DNA of 64,000 bases from Eledone cirrhosa (lineage: Eukaryota): NCBI GenBank assembly GCA_964016885.1, contig OZ024759.1, forward strand, positions 18,538,001 to 18,602,000, read 5' to 3'. A program made the position numbers and the translations under genes. The notes beneath the pieces were generated by a model. The model did no database searches and was not told the origin of the DNA. It worked only from the letters and a program-made list of their open reading frames with translations. Positions within the stretch are counted from its first letter, which is position 1. Every line of letters starts with the position of its first letter. This document shows positions 15,370 to 29,860 of the stretch, piece after piece.

Positions 15370-15572
15370 ATACTACTACTACTACAATTACTACAACAAC
15401 AACTACTACTATTACTACTACTACTACTACTACTACAATTACTACTACTACAATTACTACTACTACTACTACTACTACTAATAATAATAATAATAATAAA
15501 AATAATAGTACTGTAGTAATGGTAATGAATTATTAATTTTATCAAGATGAACATCAATACCAGGTAACGAGT

Positions 15573-15631
<59 letters not shown>

Positions 15632-16024
15632 GTATATATATACATTTATATATATATATAGATGCATACATATATATGTGTATATATATATGTATATATA
15701 TATAGTTGCATATATATATACATACATATATATGTGTATATATATATATATGTATATATATATGTATATATATATAGTTGCATATATATATACATACATA
15801 TATATGTGTATATATATATATATGTATATATATATGTATATATATATAGTTGCATATATATATACATACATATATATGTGTATATATATATGTATATATA
15901 TATGTATATATATATATATGTATGTATATATATATATGTATATATATATGTATATATATATATATGTATGTATATATATATATGTATGTATATATATATA
16001 TGTATGTATATATATATATGTATG

Positions 16025-16055
<31 letters not shown>

Positions 16056-16210
16056 GTATGTATATATATATATGTATATATATATATATGTATATATGTA
16101 TGTATATATATATATGTATGTATATATATATGTATATATATATGTATATATATATATATGTATATATATATGTATATATATATATGTATATATGTCTATA
16201 TGTCTATATG

Positions 16211-16283
<73 letters not shown>

Positions 16284-16294
16284 GTATATGTATG

Positions 16295-16332
<38 letters not shown>
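15370..16332. repeat. (TAC)n/(TAA)n then (TA)n/(TATG)n microsatellite block
   Basis: Direct reading. Confidence 0.9.
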
Positions 16333-16451
16333 AAAACAAATAGTAGAAAGGAAAAAGATTTCTTCAGTAGAAAATGTTGAAGAGATTTTTTCATTGAAAC
16401 ATATATATAAGTATGTACACGTATGAAATTTCGTTTCATTTTTTTCCGCAA

Positions 16452-16534
<83 letters not shown>

Positions 16535-16538
<4 letters not shown>

Positions 16539-16737
16539 AAAGTTATATTTAAAATTGTTGGGATACAACAAGTAAATATTTTTATAACTGATATAAAGCA
16601 CGTCAAAGCTTATTTGTAAAACTGTTATATATTGTATTTTGTCTGATGAAGGCATACCATAATTTAATTTGGTATCCCTGAAATATGTATAATGAAATAA
16701 ATATGGTTTTTAAATATAGTTTCCATTTATTAATATC

Positions 16738-16740
<3 letters not shown>
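16535..16740 (+). mobile_element. Short hammerhead-bearing element in (TA)n, family F2
   Basis: CTGATGA(16643)-AGG.ATACCA..TGGTAT.CCT-GAAA(16680), followed by AATAAA; both ends match the minus-strand copy at 42295-42582. Confidence 0.6.
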
Positions 16741-16773
<33 letters not shown>

Positions 16774-16941
16774 TTATGAGAATTTAGCTTCGAACATAGC
16801 TGTATACAAATATGTATGTGAATTTCGTATATCTGAAGAAATGCGGTATGTTTATAAATAAACATTCTGAAAACCCTATCAATAATATAACAGTGGCGAT
16901 CAGCGCCACCGAGCAGTGTCCGACAGAAGCAGGGGGGACAA

Positions 16942-16982
16942 CCGTCGATTCATTTCGAACTTAAATGGTCTCGTCAGGACGA
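16942..16982 (-). ncRNA. Type I hammerhead ribozyme-like motif (F9)
   Basis: Minus strand TCGTC-CTGACGA-GACC atttaa GTTC-GAAA-TGAA-TC-GACGG: stem I 4-5 bp, stem II with one mismatch, minimal stem III, AUC triplet. Confidence 0.55.
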
Positions 16983-17441
16983 TGTTTCACGCTTGCCACT
17001 ACCGACATTGAAACAGGCGAAAATATATAGTTTCTTTTGTCTGTATATATAAGGTTTGTTACGATTGGTTAATATAGAAACATGTATTTATATATAAACA
17101 GAGGAACCATAGCCTTCATATATAAGTATAGCCTTAAACGACACTGAAATATCTCGAAATAAAGCTTTATATACATACAACAAGAATAGGTAACGACGAT
17201 ATAACTGTAGTGTATATGACAAATGTAGTAGGAAATGTATTGAAGAGGAGTATACATGAAACAATACCAGAAATGATTGGCTGTCTTTGACTGATCAGTT
17301 GAACAAAATTGTATTTTTACGAGAATATATGTACCCATATAAAAGTGTTAACTCGAGAATAGTGTATTAAAGTGCTATACAGCAAAGGCCATTGATTCTC
17401 TCTATCTCTCTCTCTCTCTCATATATATATATAACAAGGAT

Positions 17442-17481
<40 letters not shown>

Positions 17482-17495
17482 TTAATCACAACAAA

Positions 17496-17542
<47 letters not shown>

Positions 17543-17550
17543 TTCTTGTG

Positions 17551-17604
<54 letters not shown>

Positions 17605-17612
17605 TTCTTGTG

Positions 17613-17646
<34 letters not shown>

Positions 17647-18631
17647 CACAAGAAAACAAATATTACATATAAATCAGTTTGGAACAATGCAGAAAACAAC
17701 AGTCCAATATTACGACTTTACTAACACGCAAGATTCATATAAATAATCCACTATGTGAAACAATGATGATGATTATGATGATAATAATGAAAAGAATAAT
17801 AATAACAATAATAGTAAATGCTGACCCCAACCTCGAACACTAGCGAACTTTTGAAACAATAAAATCTAAAAATTGGCCGCCAACTCTTATTTGCAAAATG
17901 TCTGCTAGTGGTAAAGATATATTATTGTTTTAAGTGAAATCACTGTTCATGATATTTAGGTCCGTCGAGAGAGATAATATCACGCTACGTTGCATTCAAT
18001 ATTTAAAGGTGATTTGTCTTGCCGTACAAGTTAAACTGTGGATTCAGTACGGAGTCCACACGTTTTAATTCAACCCACTTACATTCAAGATGGCGAATTG
18101 GCAGAATCGTTTTGATACCTGATGACTAAATGCCTCCATAGCTATTTCGTTTTTCTGCGCTTCGAGTTCAAATCTCGCTTAGATCACTTTTGCTTTCCAT
18201 CCTTTCTAAGTCGTCAAATAAACTCTCTGACCAATACTAGAGCGGATTCTTCTTTTTCTCTCTCTCTCGAAGAAATCACCTGTGTTCAGGCCTAGGGTGG
18301 GATGACCTCGATTATGTTTAAAAAGTACCCGCATGTCATGACAGTGCCCCTACGCCTCTGATGCACACTACATAAACACGACAATCTCTACCAACCTGAT
18401 GCTGTTATCTGCAGTGACGTAGGAATAAAAGCAATAGTATTAATAAGTATTTCCTTATCAAAATAATGCCAAAGAAAGGGTACATTAAAAAAAGGATTAG
18501 AAAACAGTGGTGGTTTTACATCGGGACTTAGGGGTGCAAAATCACATACAATGACATTAAATGAAATGAAATATCCATGTTTATGTCCTACAAACAATTG
18601 TGAAGCTTGCTTGAATTTGGATTCTCGAAAA

Positions 18632-18990
18632 CTTCTTCTTCACCTACTTATACTTGAGAGGGTCATGGGGTCACAGTCCTCAAACACTCCATTCAGCGTG
18701 TCTTGTCAGAAGCAAGCGTCTTTAGTAGATCCGGCTGGATCCCCAAGCAAGACCAGCTAATCCCATGGATGTTCTCCAACCATCTTTCTCGGGGTCTACC
18801 TCTGGGACTTTTGCCAGTTGGTTTTGCTCATAAAACCTGTTCAGCGATTCTTTCTGAGACATTCTGATCACATGTCCAAAGTATCGGAGCTCTGATCTCT
18901 CGAAATACCAAGAATAAAATCTATCGCTCGATTAAAGCAACCATCTGGCCCTTGAGTAACTGTATCGGAGTCCAGTCTATTGAGACCATT
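18632..18990 (-). mobile_element. RTE-clade LINE 3' fragment, family RTE-B (degenerate)
   Basis: Reverse-complement similarity to 19850-20235 and 31962-32262 (LRYFGHV..GRP..RW motifs); (GAA)n tail. Confidence 0.6.
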
Positions 18991-19035
18991 CACAGCAAGT
19001 TTTCGGTTTGGGGGCACATCCTTTCTTTGTCACAA

Positions 19036-19192
19036 CCGATTTGGAAGCCCTATAATGGCCATGTTACTCTTGTCTAGAAAAGAAATATTTGACTCATGAC
19101 CACTTCTTTTTTTCCATAAGAAATGGTCATGAGTCAAATATTATTTTTCTAGAGGTAAAGGTAACATGGTCATTTTCAAGGACTTCAAGTCG
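19036..19192. repeat. Imperfect ~70-bp-arm inverted repeat (MITE-like fold-back)
   Basis: CCATGTTAC..TCTAGAAAA..AATATTTGACTCATGACCA mirrored by TGGTCATGAGTCAAATATT..TTTTCTAGA..GTAACATGG. Confidence 0.75.
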
Positions 19193-19849
19193 GACATCCT
19201 AAAAGCTATTTATATAAGATGTGATAAAAACCAATTTATTGTTCCGTCCAGAATTACATAGTTACAACTACAACTACAGTACAGTTGAACTCCTTTCTCA
19301 ATAGATACACCGTCGTTTCTTTCTACAAAATTTAAACGGAAGGATTTTATTCAAGTATCTGTCACTATTGACATTACGTGTAGACTAGAATAAATAAAAA
19401 CTATATATACAAACAAACAATAACATTGTTTTGGATTACGAAGCATAAGAAGCTTAAAATTTAATCCAACAATGTAGATTCGATGTATTCTTTATTTTTG
19501 TCCGATTTGCAGCTAATTACCATTAATTCTTATCATTCCAGCAACTGATATCAAAATATATTTCTAATAAACATCGATGATATTCCTCCTCCACCACCAC
19601 CCCACCTGATATAATTCAGCTATGTAATCGTGGGTATAATTTCGTCGGCTTCAGCTTAAGAATATAAAAATATATTGCTATAGAATATTACACGGTAGCG
19701 TGTATGTTAGAATATATGCGAGATAAATAGTGTTACATATAATACCGTTAAAAGAAATGTGGAATTAACTTGAAAACAGGGCCCGGGGGGTCTGCAATGA
19801 ACACGTTAATAGTATTACTGCTTTTAAAAAGAGGCTACTTGAAAGAGTG

Positions 19850-20235
19850 CAATTTCGAAGATGAGAAAGTCGCTACAGGTACAGCCTCTACTTCTCTGTA
19901 TCGGGATACCACAGCTCCGATACTACGAAAATGGGGTTAGAATCACTCAGGAAAAAATCGCAGGACGAATTTTGTGGGCACAACCTACCGACGGGAGACC
20001 CAGGAGTAGTTTACGGCAAGGTTGGTTGGATAACATCCAATAGCTTGGCTAGTTTCGCTTGGAGAGACAACTGGATCAGTTGGAGACGGTTGCTACTGAG
20101 AGTACCCACTGAAGGGCGTGTTCCATGACATTGCCTCTACGATCGCCACCCCCAAGAATACGAGGGTGAAGAAGATGATGATGATGATGATGATGAAGAC
20201 GATGATGATGATGATGACGATGATGATGATGATGA
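19850..20235 (+). mobile_element. RTE-clade LINE 3' fragment, family RTE-B, with (GAT)n tail
   Basis: Translation QPLLL..QLRYY..EKIAGRILWAQPTDGRPR..WLDNIQ followed by a GAT repeat tail. Confidence 0.7.
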
Positions 20236-20456
20236 TAGGGCGTGGGATTCAAGATCAGAAAATCGTAGGTTCGATTCCTGGTGTATTCTGTACTTAAATA
20301 AAACATGTTAATTCAGATTATTCCTTCTGCGAGACATATAAATATGTAACTGTATATATATATATATATACATATGCAGTTGCATATTTATATGCATGCA
20401 CAATATATATAGGCATACTATCACACACACATATATATATATGTACACATACGTGC

Positions 20457-20502
<46 letters not shown>

Positions 20503-20556
20503 CTACATATATATATATATATATATGTACATATATATATATATATGTACACATAA

Positions 20557-20606
<50 letters not shown>

Positions 20607-20618
20607 GTACATATATAA

Positions 20619-20657
<39 letters not shown>

Positions 20658-20674
20658 TTTATATATATTTATGC

Positions 20675-20719
<45 letters not shown>

Positions 20720-20736
20720 TTTATATATATTTATGC

Positions 20737-20771
<35 letters not shown>

Positions 20772-20883
20772 TTTATATATATATATGCATTTATATATAT
20801 ATATGTATATGTATTATATGCATTTATATATATATATATATATATATATATGCATTTATATATATATATATATATATATATGC

Positions 20884-20961
<78 letters not shown>

Positions 20962-21315
20962 CAGAGTTATTAACTCATATTGATACCCTGCAATTAAACA
21001 AGCTCAAAGTATAAATACTGAGCATTATATAGTATTATATGTATCAATAAACACAGTAAATTTCGTGTAAAAATTACGAGGGTAGGGAATACCACAAATG
21101 TTTTCAATATTTAATCTTAAACACAATTTTCAGAGCGAAACAGATTGAATCTTTAATCTGTCCGAGAGATGAAATGTTTTTGATACGGTCAGTATAAAAT
21201 TATATCCTACTGTATGTTTAAGATTATATATTTAGAGCATTTGTGATATTCTCTACTCTCGTAATTTTAGACAAGAAATTTACCGTGTTTATTTATACAT
21301 ATATTACTATATATA

Positions 21316-21375
<60 letters not shown>

Positions 21376-21503
21376 TATATATATATATATATATGCATTT
21401 AATAAACCTTTATTTGTCTGCCTCTCTGATTCGTTCCCATCTAAATTTGCACTATATCCATATATATATATATATATATATATGGATATATATATATATA
21501 TGC

Positions 21504-21562
<59 letters not shown>

Positions 21563-21583
21563 TATACATATATATACATATGC

Positions 21584-21617
<34 letters not shown>

Positions 21618-21644
21618 TTATATATATATATACATATATATATA

Positions 21645-21705
<61 letters not shown>

Positions 21706-22129
21706 GTCTGTCTCTCCCTCCCTCCATATATATATATATATATATATATATTAATAATAATAATAATAATAATACTCTACGCCAAAGACCACATCTTAAA
21801 CAAAGAATCTGAGGCAATTTCGGCTTGTAAACATAAATTGCACAAACACAAAACTTTCCTGTATTACAGCCCCACATTATACCCTAACGGATAGTACGAA
21901 CTATACCCGGATATTTTACGTCTTCATGTAGTAGCTAAGTATATGTTATGTTTATACCATTACTTCTTCGTATAGGTAAGTATATATTACCTGTATGTTT
22001 TGTGAAGGTACGTATACTTTCTCGATCTGTAATTGTTTTTCACCGCTCCAAATAATGACGTATTATATTCGTCTTTTTCCGTTCTTTGCCAGGGGACGTT
22101 TCCACGAACCACAGTATCGTCTGCCTGTC

Positions 22130-22265
22130 TTCCTCCGGTTGCAAAGTTTTTTTAAATATTCACTTCTGCGTTCACAGATTGACTTCGTTAGTTTCAGAAG
22201 ATCTCGTTAAGGGTGAACACAGCGATTCTTTGCTTAAACTTTATGTTATTTTAATAAATAAATAA
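22130..22265 (+). mobile_element. Family F4 fragment (degenerate hammerhead-like core)
   Basis: GTTTCAGAAGATCTCGTTAAGGGTGAA..CTTTGCTTAAACTTT matches 45553-45630 and 48507-48665. Confidence 0.55.
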
Positions 22266-22475
22266 ATATATATATATACACACACATATATATGCATGTA
22301 TATATATATATATGCATTTATATATATATATACACACACATATATATATATATATGCATATCTATAAACAGACATATATATATATATGCATTTATATATA
22401 TATATATATGAATTTATATATATATATATATGAATTTATATATATATATATGCATTTATATATATATATATATGC

Positions 22476-22522
<47 letters not shown>

Positions 22523-22595
22523 ATATATGCATTTATATATATGTATAAATGCATTTATATATATATATATATGCATTTATATAGAGATATATATA

Positions 22596-22661
<66 letters not shown>

Positions 22662-22730
22662 TATATATGTATATATATATGCATTTATATATATATATCT
22701 GCATTTATATATATATATATATATATATAA

Positions 22731-22792
22731 ATGGAGTCCAGAATTAGCCGTCGAAACGGCTTGAGCTCAGCCGTCGGGGTCCTACTCGTTCC
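22731..22792 (+). mobile_element. Family F3 fragment (3' half of hammerhead) embedded in (TA)n
   Basis: GCCGTC-GAAA-CGGC ttgagctca GCCG-TC-GGGGT; matches 45644-45767 and 59268-59325. Confidence 0.55.
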
Positions 22793-22859
22793 TATATATA
22801 TATATATATATATGCATATATATGTATATATATATATGCATTTATATATATATATATAC

Positions 22860-22900
<41 letters not shown>

Positions 22901-23456
22901 TTTATATATATATATATATACATTTATATATATGCATTTATATATATATGCATTTATATATATGTATATATATATGCATTTATATATATGTATATATATA
23001 TATATGCATTTATATATATATACATTTATATATATGTATATATATATATGCATTTATATATATATATACATTTATATATATGTATATATAAATATGCATT
23101 TATATATATATATATACATTCATATATATGTATATATATATATATGCATTTATATATATATACATTTATATATATATACATTTATATATATATACATTTA
23201 TATATATATATATATGCATATATATGTATATATATATATGCATATATATATATATATGCATTTATATATATATATATATACTTTTATATATATATATATA
23301 CACATATATATATATATATATGCATATATTTTATATATATATATGCATATATTTTATATATATATATATATGCATTCATATATATATACATATATATACA
23401 TACATATATATATGCATTCATATATATATACATATATATACATACATATATATGTA

Positions 23457-23492
<36 letters not shown>

Positions 23493-23621
23493 CATGTATA
23501 TATATATACATGTTTATATGTATACATGTATATATATATGCATATATATATATATATATATATATATGCATTTATATATATATGCATTCATATATATATA
23601 CATATATATATGCATGTATAT

Positions 23622-24472
23622 AAATTCGAACTGATCCACTTTGGAAAAGAGGATGCTCTGAAACTCCCGTACTCCCTTCCCTCCGGGGAAACTCTCGTGG
23701 CATCTAACAACATCAGAGACTTGGGAGTAACCGTGGACAGCAACATCAGCTGGACCACGCATATAAGCAGCCAAGTTGACATGGCCCGCAGAATGTGTTC
23801 CTGGATCCTCAGAACCTTCCAGTCGAGAGATTCCCGCACCATTATCCTTCTCTTCTCTACTTTTGCCCGACCACACCTTGAATACTGTTGTCCACTGTGG
23901 TCTCCCCACACGAAACAAAGTATCATGAAACTTGAAGCTCCTCAAAGGGCAATTACAAAAAAGATAGATGGCATGTCAGACCTTGACTACTGGGGTCGAT
24001 TAGAAAACCTGAAACTTTACTCACTCCAACGTCGCCGTGAGCGTTATATTATCTGCATGATGTGGAAAATGTTCCATCATCACTGCCCAAATGATGTTGG
24101 CATCGCCTTCAAGATACACCCATGGCTTGGGCCCCGTGCTATCCGTCCCATTCAAAAATCTAAATCGCAACTCATAACAACAATACGGCACAATTATTTC
24201 ACCTCAATCGGCCCTGCTCTCTTCAACATCACACCAGGACACGTCAAAACAGAAACTGACCACACAAAATTCAAGAAGTCTTTGGACAAATTCCTCCAAG
24301 TAATCCCGGACAAACCACCCACACCCGGATATGTCTCCGCAAACAGTAATTCTCTTCTCGAATGGGCCATGGTGCCCAAATCCTGAATTGAAAGACTTCG
24401 CCAGGTGGTGCTATTAAGTTAGACATGGGCTGGGCCAATACTGGCCAAAACATTTCAAAGTTACTCAAAGTT
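23622..24472 (+). mobile_element. CR1-group non-LTR retrotransposon, 5'-truncated ORF2 C-terminus (stop at 24386) plus 3' UTR
   Basis: Open frame with [55 protein letters not shown], characteristic of the post-RT region of CR1-group LINEs; flanked by (TA)n. Confidence 0.9.
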
Positions 24473-24537
24473 ATATATATATAAACATGTTTATATGTAT
24501 ACATGTCTGTCTCTCTCTCTCCATATATATATGTATA

Positions 24538-24577
<40 letters not shown>

Positions 24578-24642
24578 TACAGATATATATACGGGGGTGT
24601 CTATGCGCGAACATATCTGTGTAGGTTGTGTGTCTAAGCGAA

Positions 24643-24731
<89 letters not shown>

Positions 24732-25017
24732 TGTTCCAGTAATCATTTATTTACACGTTTTCATTATATTTGAGGTTAATGTAAGGAAAATCGTTATATT
24801 TCTATAATCAGAGATTGTATCCATTTTTTTTTTTTTGTTCTTAACAAGTACAAACTCTACTTTTTGGTTTGATTCAAATATAGATACACACAGAAATACA
24901 CACCAACACAGTACATACACATATGCACTTACATATATATCTATGCACAAGTACATGTACATATATATATATACACATATACATAACATCTATATATATA
25001 TATTTACACACACTCAC

Positions 25018-25055
<38 letters not shown>

Positions 25056-25076
25056 AAATATATATATATACACACA

Positions 25077-25125
<49 letters not shown>

Positions 25126-25229
25126 TAAAATAACAGATTTTAATAAATATTTGCTCTACGGTTCTTATATATTTGATATATATTTATCTTTATCAAGCCC
25201 TGGATTTTAGTCTTTAAATTTGTTATTAC

Positions 25230-25288
<59 letters not shown>

Positions 25289-25413
25289 TATATATACATA
25301 TCATAATATACATATATACATATCCTATGTATATACACACACATATATATATAAACATGCACACACTCACACATGTATATGTGTATGTATGTGTATATAT
25401 ATATATACACACG

Positions 25414-25489
<76 letters not shown>

Positions 25490-25729
25490 CATGTGTGTGT
25501 GTGTGTACATACAAAATGGCGCACTTAGAAACACACACTAATGCATGCTTCCGGTAATTATCCGAATCGTTAAGAGTACAGCTAATGAATTACTTGGCAG
25601 GTTAACTCGAGGAAACGAAAGAAGCCGCAATCGAATTCCAATGAATCGTGTTAAGGAATATATCAAAAGACCAAACTTCATACATATAATAGATATACAT
25701 ATTCATGTATGTATGTGTTTACACATAAA

Positions 25730-25840
25730 AACATAGACACAGGCACACACATATATATATATATATATATAAATACACACACACACTCGCATATATATAT
25801 AAATACAAACACACATACACACACATATATATGGATATAA

Positions 25841-25879
<39 letters not shown>

Positions 25880-27018
25880 GATACAAACACACACATACAC
25901 ACATATATAAATATATACATAAATAAATACATACACATATATACACATATACACACATACACATACATACACACATATATATATATATATTTACATATAC
26001 ATACGCACACACACATATATATATATATATAGATACAAACACACACACACACACATATATAAATATATATATATATACATAAATAAATACATACACATAT
26101 ATACACACATACACATATATATACATACACATACATACACACATATATATATATATTTACATATACATACGCACACACACAGACATATATATATATATAT
26201 ATAGATACAAACACACACACACACACATATATAAATATATATATATACATAAATAAATACATACACATATATACACATATACACACATACACATATATAT
26301 ACATACACATACATACACACATATATATATATATTTACATATACATACGCACACACACATATATATATATATATAGATACAAACACACACACACACACAC
26401 ATATAAATATATATATATACATAAATAAATACATACACATATATACACATATACACACATACACATATATATACATACACATACATACACACATATATAT
26501 ATATATTTACATATACATACGCACACACACACATATATATATATATATAGATACAAACACACACATACACACATATATAAATATATACATAAATAAATAC
26601 ATACACATATATACACATATACACACATACACATATATAAACATACACATACATACACACATATATATATATATTTACATATACATACGCACACACACAC
26701 ATATATATATATATAGATACAAACACACACACACACACATATATAAATATATATATATACATAAATAAATACATACACATATATACACACATACACATAT
26801 ATATACATACACATACATACACACATATATATATATATTTACATATACATACGCACACACACACATATATATATATAAATATAGATACAAACACACACAC
26901 ACACACATATATAAATATACATAAATAAATACATACACATATATACACATACACATATATATACATACACATACATACACACATATATATATATATTTAC
27001 ATATACATACCCACGCAC

Positions 27019-27065
<47 letters not shown>
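25730..27065. repeat. Higher-order minisatellite (~165-180-bp unit of CA/TA tracts)
   Basis: Anchors GATACAAACAC, ACATAAATAAATAC and TTTACATATACATACGC recur in fixed order about 7 times. Confidence 0.85.
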
Positions 27066-27215
27066 CATATATTTATATATTCATGTATCTGTTCGTTTGC
27101 TAAAATATATTGCTGTAAAATATGTAGCTGCAACATTTCAAAGGTAGGATTAACTATGAACTAAAATCAAACCCCTTATATACATACATCGCTTCTATGC
27201 ATGGGCCCTTAAAAA

Positions 27216-27268
<53 letters not shown>

Positions 27269-27714
27269 CACACACACATATATACATACATATATATATA
27301 TATATTGAGAAAGAGACAGTGAGAGATAGATAAATGCAGACACACACACACGCATATATATATATAAATATATATATATGCGCATACACACATTTGCATT
27401 GATATAAATGCTTCTAATGCATAAATACAGAGCACAGATATAGATTAGCTGATAACGTCAAGTAAACCAAGGGAGGGGAGAGGGTTTTTGATGGAAAAAA
27501 AGTTACTGATTTAGATCGAGTATAAGATAGATGAAAAGCCAAGATAAAACAAGAACTGGTGAATTTTTAAAATAAATACAAAATATCACGTTGGAATCAA
27601 CACAGAAAGTATAGTCCACCTACAAAGGTAGTTATATTAGAATATATATTAAAGACGAGAATACAACGAAGCCTAAGTCAATATCAAATAGATCATTACT
27701 GAGGCATTGGCGAA

Positions 27715-27761
<47 letters not shown>

Positions 27762-27768
27762 AAATATA

Positions 27769-27878
<110 letters not shown>

Positions 27879-27934
27879 TATTTATATATATATATATATA
27901 TATATATACAAAATATATATTTATACAAAATATA

Positions 27935-27970
<36 letters not shown>

Positions 27971-27977
27971 AAATATA

Positions 27978-28009
<32 letters not shown>

Positions 28010-28018
28010 CAAAATATA

Positions 28019-28080
<62 letters not shown>

Positions 28081-28298
28081 TAAGTTAAAAATGTACATCT
28101 ACATATGCATACTGAAATACTAGTATGCATATGAATACACACACGTATACATATGTAGATGTACCAAGTCTTTCACTGGTTACTTTACTGTGAGTATCCA
28201 GCTATTCTGTATGTAAACACACAGACAAACCGGTTTTTAGAGTCATACTGGTTTTTGAGGAAACACCTTTCCTCTATTCTCCAGAAAGCCAGACAAGG

Positions 28299-28343
28299 AA
28301 TATTGAACTAGTTTCGTTGTTGTTACAACTCATCAGCAATATT
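28299..28343 (-). ncRNA. Type I minimal hammerhead ribozyme motif (F8)
   Basis: Minus strand AATATTG-CTGATGA-GTTG taacaa CAAC-GAAA-CTAG-TT-CAATATT: perfect 7-bp stem I, 4-bp stem II, palindromic ACTAGT stem III. Confidence 0.75.
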
Positions 28344-28563
28344 TACCTATCTACCGGCCTTTCTGGAGAATCGTAAAAGCACATATCGTTATATGCTTTT
28401 TCTATGAAAATTAGTAGTGGGCAGACTAATTAAGCGTCAGTCATACAAAAGTGAGTTACAAACGAAACGAAATTTAATTTCGTTTCGTTATTTGTTTATA
28501 TATATATATATATATATTATGGAATACTGTTGGCTTTTTGCTACAATGTTCTCTATAACTTTC

Positions 28564-28612
<49 letters not shown>

Positions 28613-28799
28613 TAATTGTTTGTAGAATCTGAATGGATTAAAAATCCACAAGTCGAAGCAGCGTAGAGCGATCGATAGATGTATATCACGTAAGAAAGCG
28701 TATCCAGATTGTTAAGGATAACACATGAATGGATTTGGAAGTGAGAGAATTATGGAAGCAGAGAACATTTGAAATCAAAGCATAACAAAATTATACAGA

Positions 28800-29860
28800 T
28801 AATTATGGTTTCTGATTTAGGCACAAGGCCAACAATTTTGGGAAGAGCAAAGTCGATTAAATCAAACCCAGTACATACTGGTACTTTATTTTATCGAGTA
28901 CGTAATAATGAAAGGCGAAGATAACTTCGGCTCGATTTGAACACAGAACGTAAAGGAACATAACTTCATGCCGCAAAGCATATTGTCCAATGCATGCCCA
29001 ATAGTACCAAATAGTAATAATAATTACTTCTGTTTTTTTTTTGCACAAGGCCAGCAATTACCTCAGTGCATTACTGGTACTTTATTTTATCGACCCCGTA
29101 AGGATGAAAGGCAAAGTTAACCGTGGTGGGATTTGAACTCAGAACGTAAAGGGCCATAGCTTTATGCTGCAAAGCACGGTGTCTGACGCTCTACGATACT
29201 GCCAATGAATGTTTACGATGCAAGAAAATAATTGTTTCTAGTTTAGGCAATATACTCAACAGGTATTAGTAGCTAACACAATATGTAGATATGTGGCTGT
29301 AGGGCTATTGATGGGCTTTGTAGCATATAGATATGGCCCTTTACGTTCTAAGTTGAAATCTCGCCGAGGTTAGCTTTGCCTTTCATCCTTACAGGGTCGA
29401 TAAAATAAAAGCTCCAGTAGTGCACTGGGGTCGATTTAATCGACGTTTGCTTCTCCAAATTGGTGGCCTTTTGCTTAAATCATAAACCATCATTGTTATT
29501 ATTTGGCAGTACCAGTAATGCATCAGACAATATACTTTGCGGCATATAGTTATGGACCTTTACATTTTGAGGTCAAATCCCGCAAAGGCCAACCTTCACT
29601 TTTATCCTTCTGGGTTCGATAAAATAAAGTATTACTCAAAATACATGCAAAGGGTATTAATAACTAATATATGTATCTGATTGGCTTTTTAGCATTTAGC
29701 TACTGCCCTTTACTTTCTGAGTTCAAATTTATCCGAAGTTAACTTTGTCTTTCATTTATCTGGGGTCGATAAAATAAAGTGCCAGTTAAGCACTGTAGTC
29801 GAGACAATCGTCTTCCGCTTACCATTAAAACATTGGCTTTGTTCCTATGGTAGAAATAAA
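28800..29860. mobile_element. Cluster of about five tRNA SINE copies (two minus, three plus)
   Basis: Repeated GCCTTTCATCC/GTCGATAAAATAAAGT cores in both orientations. Confidence 0.75.

Noticed and set aside
16832-16880. CTGAAGA..GAAA hammerhead candidate
   Set aside because: No convincing stem I, stem III or cleavage triplet.
22731-23621. N-terminal part of the 551-aa ORF
   Set aside because: Microsatellite read-through fused in frame to the CR1-group fragment that starts near 23622.
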